A DNA stretch of 64,000 nt, from positions 9,105 through 73,104 of the forward strand of contig CAMDGU010000005.1 of assembly GCA_945897885.1 (NCBI GenBank), read 5' to 3'. This document shows positions 1-9,301 of this stretch, piece by piece. This stretch comes from Chitinophaga pinensis. Its GTDB lineage: Bacteria; Bacteroidota; Bacteroidia; NS11-12g; UBA9320. The notes under the pieces were generated by a model. It made no database searches and had not been told where the DNA came from. It saw nothing but the letters and a program-made list of their open reading frames with translations. A program made the translations under genes and the position numbers. Positions within the stretch are counted from its first letter, which is position 1, and every line of letters begins with the position of its first letter.

Positions 1-64
1 GTTCCATTTTTTATTTGATTAGGAATTAGGGGTCTGGAATTAGGAATTTATGAGGTGATTATAT

Positions 65-1363
65 TTATAATTCAATTATTCCTTCCAATACATTTTCCAT
101 CGCCATTCCACGGCTACCTTTTATAAAAATGGCCGTGTCCTTCAAATCTAAGTCTTTTAAAAGTAAATTGATTTCTTTAGCTGTTTCAAAACCATCATTT
201 CCATTTGCCAAAGCTTGTTTTTTAAAGTGTTCACCAGCTACAAACAAATGATTAAAATTTAAAGAGTTTGCATAGTTATAGATTAATTCATGTTCATGTT
301 CTGCATGGTCTCCCATTTCAAACATATCGCCCATTATGGCTATTTTCTTTGGAAAATTAAAACGTGCAAAATTTTCTAAAGCCTTTTCCATACTGCTTGG
401 GTTGGCGTTGTAAGCATCCAAAAAAATCATGGTACTTCCACTGGTAATTATTTGCGAACGCTTGTTTTTAGGTACATAGCTTTCAATTCCCTTTTTTATT
501 AATTCTACAGGAACGCCAGAATATTTCCCAATAGCAACCGCTGCCATTATATTTTCAAAATTATAGGAACCGCTTAGTTGGCTGCTTATAGAAATCGATT
601 GAAACGAAAACTCAATGGTAGGAAAATCTTGAATCAACTCACAATAAGTTTCTGCCAATTTATCCTTACACGAATAGCCATGAACCTTGGTTAATCGGGA
701 TGACATGCGGGAAAGCCAATCATCGTCTTTGTTAACAAATGCTAAGCCATCAGATTTTAATAAATGGTAATACAATTCACTTTCAGCTTTCGCTACTCCT
801 TCAAGGCTTCCAAATCCTTCCAAATGTTCCTTCCCAATGTTTGTTATTAACCCAAAGTCAGGTTCGGCTATTTGACATAATTCTTCAATATCTCCTATTC
901 TATTGGCTCCTAATTCTATCACAGCCATTTCAGTTCCCGGTTTTATACCCAAAATAGTTAATGGAACTCCAATATGGTTATTGAAATTTCCGGGAGTACT
1001 TATGGTTTTAAATTTTTGTGAAAGCACACTATGAACTAGTTCTTTAGTAGTGGTTTTTCCATTGCTCCCTCCTATTCCTATAAACGGTATTTTTAATTGA
1101 TGCCTATGGTAGTTGGCTAAATTTTGAAGGGTTTTTAAACCATCTTCTACCAATATAGTTCCTGAAGGTTTAGTAAATTCAGGATTATCAATTACTGCCC
1201 ATTTAGCCCCTTTTTCTAAAGCTTGTGCAGCAAATGTATTGGCATCAAAGTTTTCACCCTTTAGGGCAAAGAACATGCTGCCCGGTTCAATTTTTCGGGT
1301 GTCGGTGCTTACTGAGTAGTTGCTTTCGGTATAGTATTGGTAAAGTTGTTGGATTGATAGCAT
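65..1363 (-). CDS. murF: UDP-N-acetylmuramoyl-tripeptide--D-alanyl-D-alanine ligase
   Basis: Mur ligase P-loop GGSNGKTTTKE; N-terminal VSTDTRKI (the TDSR-like MurF hallmark); ~430 aa with the Mur ligase middle and C-terminal domain layout. Confidence 0.85.
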   Translation of the reverse strand: MLSIQQLYQYYTESNYSVSTDTRKIEPGSMFFALKGENFDANTFAAQALEKGAKWAVIDNPEFTKPSGTILVEDGLKTLQNLANYHRHQLKIPFIGIGGSNGKTTTKELVHSVLSQKFKTISTPGNFNNHIGVPLTILGIKPGTEMAVIELGANRIGDIEELCQIAEPDFGLITNIGKEHLEGFGSLEGVAKAESELYYHLLKSDGLAFVNKDDDWLSRMSSRLTKVHGYSCKDKLAETYCELIQDFPTIEFSFQSISISSQLSGSYNFENIMAAVAIGKYSGVPVELIKKGIESYVPKNKRSQIITSGSTMIFLDAYNANPSSMEKALENFARFNFPKKIAIMGDMFEMGDHAEHEHELIYNYANSLNFNHLFVAGEHFKKQALANGNDGFETAKEINLLLKDLDLKDTAIFIKGSRGMAMENVLEGIIEL

Positions 1364-1435
1364 GGTTGGGCAAACTTACATATTTGTTTTTATGATTTAC
1401 TTTAATGCTATGCTATTAATTATTTTTGTTTAGGT

Positions 1436-1897
1436 TTGCTTTGCTTGAAAAATCTTTTCCTTATTTGTTTGTTTTTTATTATGTGTTCTTCTGAATGCCC
1501 TGAGCCAGATCCAGGGTTTGACGAAGAACCGGCAATTCAAATTGTTTTCCATGATGGTAATCAAAATTTTATAACTTCATCATTAAGTGTAAATATTTCT
1601 AAACATTTAGTGATACAAAGTGATTTACCTGGGGTAGATATGAATTCTAACTCAACTAAATATTGGATTTCAAGAGGAACAGAAATAGATTCTTTTGTGA
1701 TAAATTACAAGTTATCGGCTTATCCAACCAATAGAGGAAGAACTTTAATTTCATTTGATTCTTTATACATAAAAGAATCTTCTTTTATCAATGCAGAATT
1801 TGTAAAGGATTTTTGGCCAAGAGATTCATTTATTAATTTTAATAATTACTCTTCATCTACAAATTCTCATTTTCCTGTTTTTTATATTAGAAAATGA
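1436..1897 (+). CDS. hypothetical lipoprotein (signal peptide, Cys near residue 17)
   Basis: Hydrophobic N-terminus MLCLKNLFLICLFFIMCSS; no recognisable motif; its stop overlaps the next start (ATGA). Confidence 0.4.
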   Translation: MLCLKNLFLICLFFIMCSSECPEPDPGFDEEPAIQIVFHDGNQNFITSSLSVNISKHLVIQSDLPGVDMNSNSTKYWISRGTEIDSFVINYKLSAYPTNRGRTLISFDSLYIKESSFINAEFVKDFWPRDSFINFNNYSSSTNSHFPVFYIRK

Positions 1898-2535
1898 AAA
1901 TTAAATTATTTTTTATTTTATTTCTTCTTCCAGTTTTGGTTTTTAGCCAGAAGAAAAATTCATCAGATATAAAAATTTGGACTTTTGCTGGTCTTATGCC
2001 ACTTCAAAAGGGTACGATGTTCTACGGAAAAACATCCATTATTTTGCATGATTTTACAGGTTTTAACCTCCATTTTGGTTCTGGCTTTGCAAATCCTAAT
2101 GCAAACTATTACAACGTTACAAATTACAATGCTCAATCTTCTTTTATTTCAGGTGGAATGTTTTTTAAAACACCCGATAAAAAAGGAAACAAACAACGTA
2201 AATTGGGTTTTATAATGACGGGTTCAATTGTTTTAGGTCAAGGAAAAGAATCAGCCAATTACTATTTTAAAGGAAATGATTTTAATTATTATACTTCAAA
2301 AGAAAGATATTCTCAAAAATATGATTTTTCGTATTTGCAACTTACATTAGGATTTACCTATTTTATAAAAGAAAAATGGAAATTAGAAATTGGTTCATAC
2401 ATTGGATTGGGCGATGCAAAGAATCGCGTTGGTAAGCAATATTTTAGTGTAGAACCTAATTATGTATATGCGTATCATGGAATTGGAGGCAATATAGGTG
2501 TAGGTTATTTACTTTGGAAACCAAAATCAATTTAG
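1894..2535 (+). CDS. hypothetical secreted protein, possibly a small outer-membrane beta-barrel
   Basis: Signal peptide MKIKLFFILFLLPVLVFSQ; Gly, Tyr, Asn-rich alternating pattern typical of OM barrels; translationally coupled to the upstream ORF. Confidence 0.4.
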   Translation: MKIKLFFILFLLPVLVFSQKKNSSDIKIWTFAGLMPLQKGTMFYGKTSIILHDFTGFNLHFGSGFANPNANYYNVTNYNAQSSFISGGMFFKTPDKKGNKQRKLGFIMTGSIVLGQGKESANYYFKGNDFNYYTSKERYSQKYDFSYLQLTLGFTYFIKEKWKLEIGSYIGLGDAKNRVGKQYFSVEPNYVYAYHGIGGNIGVGYLLWKPKSI

Positions 2536-2562
2536 ATATTTTTTTTTCTTTAATTTCACGGC

Positions 2563-5500
2563 ATGCATAAACAGTGCCTTCTCGCAGTCTTTTCGTTTAT
2601 TTTTTATACTTCTCAAGCACAGGTTTTTGAACCTGAAAGTGCTTTAGCGGCCTACCAAAGTGAAGATAATAATTTGTATTGGAAAAATCGCAAACCTTTT
2701 CCGGGCTACTGGCAGCAGGACGTTTCCTACCATATCAAGGCAAGATTAAACGATACTACAGAGGTAATAACCGGAAGTGAAACCTTGGAATATGCCAACA
2801 ATTCGCCCGATACCATTTACAAATTGTATTTCCGTTTAACCCAAAATGCGTTTCAACCGGGAAGCTATAAGGATGAGATGGAAAAAGGCGGAAAAGTGTT
2901 TAATAAATTTGGGAAATATGAACAAGAAAAATTAGGAACCAAAGTTTCAAAAGTAATAATTGCAGGTACGGAAGTACCTTTTGTTGTGGATAACACCATT
3001 ATGATAATTGATTTACCAACCCCATTGTTTCCCGGTAAAACCATGAAACTGGAGGTGGATTTTAAAACCTATTTTGATCAGGGAACGATGGGCCGCCGCA
3101 TGAAACGGTTTGAACACAATAATTTTAAGCATTTTGACGGCGTGCATTGGTATCCTAGGCTTTCCGTTTATGATAGAAAATTTAAATGGACTACAGACCA
3201 GCATTTAGGGAAAGAATTTTATGGCGATTACGGCATTTTTTATGTAGAGTTAGAATTGCCAAACCACTATATCTGCGAAGCTACAGGGGTTTTAACCAAT
3301 AGCGGTGAAGTTTATGCCAATGGCCTTCGAGAAAAAATAGATATAAAAAATTTTACTACCCCATCAAAATATATAACTCAACCTGTAAATCCTGATGGAA
3401 CTTACAAACGCTGGGTGTGGATGGCCAATAATGTTCATGATTTTGCATTTACTACCGACCCTACTTACCGAATTGGTGAAGTAGAATGGAATGGTATAAA
3501 ATGCATTGCTTTAGCACAAGAGCAAAACGCACATGCCTGGCAACCTACAGCTAAGTTTGTGGCCAATGTGGTAAAAACCTATTCACAGGATTTTGGGATG
3601 TATGCTTACCCAAAAATGGTAGCTGCCGATGCCCGTGATGGCATGGAATACCCAATGCTTACGCTTGATGGCGGCAATTGGCCAGGACATCAATATGTGA
3701 TAGCGCATGAGGTTGGTCATAACTGGTTTTTTGGAATGGTAGGTAATAATGAAACCTACCGGGCTTGCATGGATGAAGGATTTACACAGTTTCTTACAGC
3801 CTGGAGCATTAAAAAATTGGCAAATAAAGATTACACACCCAATACTGTAGATGGGGCTTATGTGTATGCCGGTTATATCAACCACGCCATTAATGAAAAT
3901 ACCGCAAGGTTAAATACCCACTCCGACCATTTTAATTCAGCCGAAAGGCATGGTGGAGGCTATGGGCAAGTGTATTATAAAACAGCTACCATGTTGTATA
4001 ATTTGCAATATGTTTTGGGTGATAAACTGTTTTTGGATGCCATGAAAAACTATTTTAACCAATGGAAATTTTGCCATCCTTATGAAGAAGATTTTCGCCA
4101 ATCTATTATTGACTATACCAAGGTAGATTTGAACTGGTTTTTTGATCAATGGTTCACCACTACAAAAACCATAGACTACAAAGTAACAAGTGTGAAAAAA
4201 GTTGGGAATTCAAAATACGATTATTTAGTAACCTTTAAGCGAAAAGGTGATATGCAAATGCCATTAGATATTACCGTTATTGATAAAAAAGGAAAACGAC
4301 TGAATTATATAATACCAAACACATACTTTAATAAAAAGGCGGGCAATGCAATGGTATGGAGCCCTTGGATATCGTGGGATTTAATGAATAAAAAATATAC
4401 TTTGGAGGTTCAGTCCATTAATGGAATAAAAGATGTAATAATTGACACAAGCGGCCGATTGGCTGATATTAATCGTTTAAACAATAGCTTAAAGTTGCCT
4501 AAAAGTTTTGAGCGGGAAAAATTAACCATTCCTGCTGCAGATTTTAATAAACTTAAGAACTATTGGCGGCCTGAACTTTGGTGGAATGAAGTAGATGGAA
4601 TTAAACTTGGGTTAAATTTCTCTGGAAACTATTATAACTTCAAACATATTTATAGTGGTACGGTTTGGTACAATTCTAATTTAGGAAATGAAAGCACAAG
4701 GAAAATATACAAAAAATATACTCCAATAAATTTTGCCTTAAATTATAAAAATCGAGTTGGCAAAATGTTAGATTTTTCTGCAAGAACAAAATATTTGGAA
4801 GGAATTAGTTTAATTGAAACAGGTTTAGAAAAGGCTATTAGAAACGACAAATGGTCTATTTCTTATAAATTATTTGGCAATACAGCACCATTTTTTACCA
4901 AATTAAATAATGAATTGCCGTCTGTTGCTAATAATTATTTTCTTTACCAACAATATTTTGATTACAATAAACTAAATGCCACCTTAAACCTCTCCTATCA
5001 GCATCCTTTCCGCTACAAACTTGGAAACGGTTTATTAAATATTGGATTAAGAAACACAGCACTTTTTAGTGATTTTAACTATTCTGGCTTAACTTTTAAA
5101 ATTAATAATACGAACCCAATTGGTAAAAAGCTGATTTTAAAAAGTAGACTATTCACTCAATACCTTCATGGCGATGTGCCCAAAGAAAGCAGTTTATTTG
5201 CCGCCGGAGCCAACAATGAAGAACTGATTGAAAATAAATTTACCCGTTCAAGAGGGTTTGTTCATCAAGATTGGGTAGGTTATGGCAATACAGGTCAATA
5301 TGCATTTCAAATGGGTGGAGGGTTAAATATTAGAGGCATGGCAGGTTATGCAGCTACTAATAGCAAAGGCGTTGACAGTTTTTATATTTATAATGGAAAC
5401 AAAGGAGCTGCTATAAATTTGGAGTTGGAATTTGGAAAACTCTTTAAAATTAATACTCCAAAAATTTTAAATAACTTTCGTTTCAATCCTTATGTATTTG

Positions 5501-5712
5501 CCGATGCCGGTATTTTAGGAAATGGCAGACAATACAGCGGATTGCGTGCTGATGCCGGTTTAGGAACAACGTTGGCTATTAATTTTGGAAAGTACAACAA
5601 ACTGCAACCATTGGTTTTGCGTTTTGATGTTCCATTCTTTTTAAACAGAGTAGAAACCGGAGCCAATTATGTGGCGTTTAGGTATGTCGTTGGGATTAAT
5701 AGGGCGTTTTAA
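2563..5712 (+). CDS. M1-like zinc metallopeptidase with a long C-terminal beta-barrel-like region
   Basis: Signal peptide; GMEYP (GAMEN-like) followed by HEVGHNWF, with a Glu 19 residues after the second His (HEXXH-X18-E gluzincin signature); the C-terminal ~450 aa are rich in N, Y, G and F and end in Phe (INRAF) like an OM barrel. Confidence 0.7.
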   Translation: MHKQCLLAVFSFIFYTSQAQVFEPESALAAYQSEDNNLYWKNRKPFPGYWQQDVSYHIKARLNDTTEVITGSETLEYANNSPDTIYKLYFRLTQNAFQPGSYKDEMEKGGKVFNKFGKYEQEKLGTKVSKVIIAGTEVPFVVDNTIMIIDLPTPLFPGKTMKLEVDFKTYFDQGTMGRRMKRFEHNNFKHFDGVHWYPRLSVYDRKFKWTTDQHLGKEFYGDYGIFYVELELPNHYICEATGVLTNSGEVYANGLREKIDIKNFTTPSKYITQPVNPDGTYKRWVWMANNVHDFAFTTDPTYRIGEVEWNGIKCIALAQEQNAHAWQPTAKFVANVVKTYSQDFGMYAYPKMVAADARDGMEYPMLTLDGGNWPGHQYVIAHEVGHNWFFGMVGNNETYRACMDEGFTQFLTAWSIKKLANKDYTPNTVDGAYVYAGYINHAINENTARLNTHSDHFNSAERHGGGYGQVYYKTATMLYNLQYVLGDKLFLDAMKNYFNQWKFCHPYEEDFRQSIIDYTKVDLNWFFDQWFTTTKTIDYKVTSVKKVGNSKYDYLVTFKRKGDMQMPLDITVIDKKGKRLNYIIPNTYFNKKAGNAMVWSPWISWDLMNKKYTLEVQSINGIKDVIIDTSGRLADINRLNNSLKLPKSFEREKLTIPAADFNKLKNYWRPELWWNEVDGIKLGLNFSGNYYNFKHIYSGTVWYNSNLGNESTRKIYKKYTPINFALNYKNRVGKMLDFSARTKYLEGISLIETGLEKAIRNDKWSISYKLFGNTAPFFTKLNNELPSVANNYFLYQQYFDYNKLNATLNLSYQHPFRYKLGNGLLNIGLRNTALFSDFNYSGLTFKINNTNPIGKKLILKSRLFTQYLHGDVPKESSLFAAGANNEELIENKFTRSRGFVHQDWVGYGNTGQYAFQMGGGLNIRGMAGYAATNSKGVDSFYIYNGNKGAAINLELEFGKLFKINTPKILNNFRFNPYVFADAGILGNGRQYSGLRADAGLGTTLAINFGKYNKLQPLVLRFDVPFFLNRVETGANYVAFRYVVGINRAF

Positions 5713-5759
5713 TGCAATTTTGAAATTTGAAGATTTGGAGATTTAAAATGGGCTACGAC

Positions 5760-5820
5760 TTGTCATTCCGAGGAATAAGGAATCTCTGCTCTGAATAAGA
5801 TGCTTCGTGCCTCAGCATGA
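5760..5820. repeat. palindromic intergenic repeat, copy A (reverse orientation of the 52593 copy)
   Basis: ttgtcattccgagg...gcttcgtgcctcagcatga; its reverse complement aligns almost base for base with 52593..52656. Confidence 0.65.
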
Positions 5821-5842
5821 AAAAAATGAATAATAAACGAAA

Positions 5843-6505
5843 GTGGAAATAATTAAAGCATTAGATATAAAGAAAAACTATGGAACTATCCAAGTTCTTA
5901 AAGGAATCAATCTGCAAATAAATGCAGGTGAAATAGTAGCTATTGTTGGCTCATCCGGAGCAGGGAAAACAACATTGTTGCAGCTATTAGGAACCTTAGA
6001 CCAACCCACCAGCGGCCAAATCTTTTTTGAAGGAAAAGATATTTCAAATTTAAAAGGAAATACTTTATCCGATTTTAGAAATCATCATATTGGTTTTGTA
6101 TTTCAGTTTCACCATTTACTGCCTGAATTTTCGGCTTTGGAAAACGTGTGCATCCCAGCATGGATTGGTAAAGCCGATAGAAAAGCAACGGAAGAAAGAG
6201 CTTTGGAATTATTAACCTTTTTGGGAGTTGACCATCGCAAGGATAATAAACCCTCTCAACTCTCGGGTGGTGAAGCCCAACGGGTGGCTGTAGCCCGTTC
6301 TTTAATCAATTCCCCCAAAGTGGTTTTTGCGGATGAACCCACCGGAAATTTAGATTCGGCTAACGCCAAAGAACTACATAAACTCTTTTTTGAACTCCGT
6401 GAAAAATACGGACAAACCTTTGTCATCGTTACCCATAATGAAGAACTTGCTAATTCTGCCGATAGGATAATTCATATTGCGGATGGGGTGATTGTGCAAA
6501 ATTAA
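5843..6505 (+). CDS. lolD: ABC transporter ATP-binding protein, lipoprotein-releasing LolD-like
   Basis: Walker [10 protein letters not shown]; ABC signature [15 protein letters not shown]; Walker [11 protein letters not shown]; ~220 aa LolD/MacB ATPase class; GTG start. Confidence 0.75.
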   Translation: MEIIKALDIKKNYGTIQVLKGINLQINAGEIVAIVGSSGAGKTTLLQLLGTLDQPTSGQIFFEGKDISNLKGNTLSDFRNHHIGFVFQFHHLLPEFSALENVCIPAWIGKADRKATEERALELLTFLGVDHRKDNKPSQLSGGEAQRVAVARSLINSPKVVFADEPTGNLDSANAKELHKLFFELREKYGQTFVIVTHNEELANSADRIIHIADGVIVQN

Positions 6506-6552
6506 TTGATGTTGCTTTAAAGCAACGGCAATAATTTGGATAAATTTGCATC

Positions 6553-7689
6553 ATGCAATTTGCCACCAAAGTATTACATGCCGGAGTGCATCCCGACCCG
6601 GAAACAGGAGCTATCATGACCCCTATTTATCAAACTTCCACTTATGTTCAAAGAAGTCCGGGTGACCATGACGGTTACGAATATTCAAGAACTCATAACC
6701 CTACTAGAACCCAGTTACAAGATAATTTAGCTGCCCTTGAAAACGGAAATTGGGGCCTATGTTTCAGCAGCGGAATGGGCGCTATTGATACAATTGCAAA
6801 GCTATTAAAACCTGGTGATGAAGTTATTTCTACCAATGATTTGTATGGTGGTTCCTACCGCATTTTTACAAAGGTTTTTGAAAATTATGGTATAAAATTT
6901 CATTTCACTGATTTGGGCAACGCAGAGAATTTTGCGAAGCTTATAAATCCAAATACTAAAATGGTTTGGATGGAAACTCCAACTAACCCAATGCTTACGA
7001 TTATTGATATTGAAGCCATAACCAAGGTAGCTAAAGCCAACAATATTCTTTCAGTGGTTGACAATACCTTTGCTTCGCCTTATTTGCAAAACCCTTTGGA
7101 TTTGGGAGCAGATTTGGTAATGCATAGCGTTACAAAATATATCAACGGACACTCAGATGTGGTAATGGGTGCTGTAGTTGTAAGAGATGAATTACTGTAT
7201 GAAAAATTGGCGTTTTTGCAAAATTCATGCGGGGCTGTTCCCGGGCCACAAGATTGTTTTTTAGTGTTAAGAGGAATCAAAACCCTGCATTTGAGAATGG
7301 AACGCCATTGTGAAAATGGGCGAAAAATAGCCGAATTTTTAAGAAGCCACCCTAAGGTAGATAAAGTGTATTGGCCAGGTTTTACAGATCACGCCAACCA
7401 TGACATTGCAAAAAAACAAATGAAAGATTTTGGGGGTATGATGTCGTTTACGCTAAAAAGTGATTCGATTGCTGATGCACATAAATTTTTATCCAATACT
7501 CACCTATTTTCGTTAGCCGAATCGTTAGGCGGTGTTGAATCGCTTTGCGGCCACCCTGCCAGTATGACCCATGCTTCTATCCCTCGTGAAGAACGTTTAA
7601 AATCCGGACTTGTAGATTCTCTAATCCGTTTAAGTGTTGGTATTGAAGATGTGAATGATTTAATTGAGGATATAAACAACGCGCTTTAA
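6553..7689 (+). CDS. Cys/Met-metabolism PLP-dependent enzyme (cystathionine gamma-synthase / beta-lyase / methionine gamma-lyase family)
   Basis: ~380 aa; family-typical SVTKYINGHSD lysine region; overall similarity to MetB/MetC/MegL-type proteins. Confidence 0.85.
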   Translation: MQFATKVLHAGVHPDPETGAIMTPIYQTSTYVQRSPGDHDGYEYSRTHNPTRTQLQDNLAALENGNWGLCFSSGMGAIDTIAKLLKPGDEVISTNDLYGGSYRIFTKVFENYGIKFHFTDLGNAENFAKLINPNTKMVWMETPTNPMLTIIDIEAITKVAKANNILSVVDNTFASPYLQNPLDLGADLVMHSVTKYINGHSDVVMGAVVVRDELLYEKLAFLQNSCGAVPGPQDCFLVLRGIKTLHLRMERHCENGRKIAEFLRSHPKVDKVYWPGFTDHANHDIAKKQMKDFGGMMSFTLKSDSIADAHKFLSNTHLFSLAESLGGVESLCGHPASMTHASIPREERLKSGLVDSLIRLSVGIEDVNDLIEDINNAL

Positions 7690-7738
7690 CCATCCATTGC
7701 CGTCACTTTAAAGTGACGGCAAGAAATATTCATAAATA

Positions 7739-8407
7739 GTGGTATTATTAGCCATAGCTGCAGCCCCTGTTCTTTATCTCATCTTTTGGTTTTACCACAA
7801 GGATAAATTTGATAAGGAACCTTTAAGAATGTTGTTTTTTGCATTTTTTGGAGGCTGTGTCAGTATTTTTCCGGCTATTCTATTTGAAGGATTATGGCAA
7901 CATTATGGGTTTACTCAAGAAGGTAGCAATTTATATTTGGCGTTTTATGCCTATATCGTGGTTGGCTTTAGTGAGGAAATAGGTAAGTTCTTTTTTGTAA
8001 GGCGAATCATGAAAAAATCCTATGTGGATGAACCTTATGATGGGATTCTTTACAGTGTGATGGTTTCGCTAGGTTTTGCCTTTATTGAAAATATTTTTTA
8101 TGTATTTGAGCATGGTTCGGGTGTTGGAATAATGAGAGCTTTTACTGCCGTTCCGGCTCATACCACCTTTGCAGCTGTTATGGGATATTTTTTGGCAAAA
8201 GCCAAATTTAATGGCAATCACACGTTTAATACATGGCTAGGTATTGGTGGCGCTGTTGTTTTGCACGGTTCTTATGACTATTTTTTATTTATAAATAATA
8301 TTCCCTTAATTCAATTAGGAGCTATTGTTTCCTTAATTTTAGGAGTTTGGTTAACCCGAAAGGCTATTAAAATTCATAATGATAGTTCGCCGTTTCGAAA
8401 TCTATGA
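7739..8407 (+). CDS. PrsW-family intramembrane protease
   Basis: Multi-TM protein carrying the PrsW motifs EExxK (FSEEIGKF), FxxxE (FAFIENIFY) and HxxxB (HTTFAAV). Confidence 0.6.
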   Translation: MVLLAIAAAPVLYLIFWFYHKDKFDKEPLRMLFFAFFGGCVSIFPAILFEGLWQHYGFTQEGSNLYLAFYAYIVVGFSEEIGKFFFVRRIMKKSYVDEPYDGILYSVMVSLGFAFIENIFYVFEHGSGVGIMRAFTAVPAHTTFAAVMGYFLAKAKFNGNHTFNTWLGIGGAVVLHGSYDYFLFINNIPLIQLGAIVSLILGVWLTRKAIKIHNDSSPFRNL

Positions 8408-9174
8408 AAACGACCGAATTGAAAGAATTGTTGGATGAAAAGGTAGCAAAATATAATCATCCATCGTTTTTGCAAAATGACCCTTTAGGCATACCGCATA
8501 GGTTTTCATTAAAACAAGATATTGAAATATCAGGATTCTTTGCAGCCATTTTGGCTTGGGGAAATAGGAAATCTATTATTAATAATTGCAACAGGTTGAT
8601 GCATTTAATGGACGAAAAACCTTATGATTTTATAACCAACCACTCTCCTATTGAACTTAAAAAGTTTGAAACTTTTGTTCATAGAACATTTAATAGCACC
8701 GATTTACTTTTTATTATTGAAGCTTTTAAGGGGTTTTATAAAGAACATAATTCCTTGGAATGCTTATTTATTCCGAAATTGGGTGATAAAACCGTTAAAT
8801 CAGGGTTAGAAAATTTTCATACGTCGTGTTTTAATTTGTCGTATGCACCTTTACGCAGCAAAAAGCATATTGCCACGCCAATCAAAAAATCTGCTTGTAA
8901 GCGTTTGAATATGTATTTGCGCTGGATGGTGAGGGACGATGCTAAGGGTGTTGATTTTGGAATTTGGAAATCCATAAAGCCTTCCCAATTAATTTGCCCT
9001 TTGGATGTGCACGTGCTTAGAGTGGCCAACAGTTTGGAATTGCTACAGTCTGAGAAAAGCAATTGGGAAACAGCTGAACTGTTAACCTCAGAACTTCGTA
9101 AATTTGATAAAAGTGATCCTGTTAAGTATGACTTTGCCTTATTCGGAATGGGCTTGGAGGGATTTGGCAAATAA
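8404..9174 (+). CDS. conserved hypothetical protein (resembles the TIGR02757/DUF2400 family from memory)
   Basis: Overlaps the prsW stop by 4 bp; no catalytic motif recognised; family call is from memory only. Confidence 0.35.
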   Translation: MKTTELKELLDEKVAKYNHPSFLQNDPLGIPHRFSLKQDIEISGFFAAILAWGNRKSIINNCNRLMHLMDEKPYDFITNHSPIELKKFETFVHRTFNSTDLLFIIEAFKGFYKEHNSLECLFIPKLGDKTVKSGLENFHTSCFNLSYAPLRSKKHIATPIKKSACKRLNMYLRWMVRDDAKGVDFGIWKSIKPSQLICPLDVHVLRVANSLELLQSEKSNWETAELLTSELRKFDKSDPVKYDFALFGMGLEGFGK

Positions 9175-9301
9175 GGAAAACAAGGTGGCACTGAGAAAAC
9201 AGAGTTTCACGGAGGAAATAGTTTCAATTTTAGAAAATTAATTAACTCAATTTTTCTCTGTGTTCTCTGTGCCTCCGTGGTAAAACATTTACTTTTGCAA
9301 T

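Noticed and set aside
739-957. Numerous short antisense or embedded ORFs in the track (for example 739-957, 1985-2215, 3013-3204, 3583-3885, 8817-9191, 15866-16156, 27310-27560, 31318-31677, 33003-33249, 39507-39743, 45836-46084, 58171-58807, 60580-60918)
   Set aside because: They lie wholly inside well-supported genes on the opposite strand or in another frame. They have low-complexity composition and no motifs, and are treated as shadow ORFs.
6506-7730. Two TTTAAA-centred stem-loops flanking the Cys/Met PLP enzyme gene (gttgctttaaagcaac at 6510-6527 and ttgccgtcactttaaagtgacggcaa at 7693-7718)
   Set aside because: They are plausibly ordinary terminator or attenuator-like hairpins. The second lacks a T-run. 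The similarity is limited to the loop and could be coincidence in AT-rich DNA.
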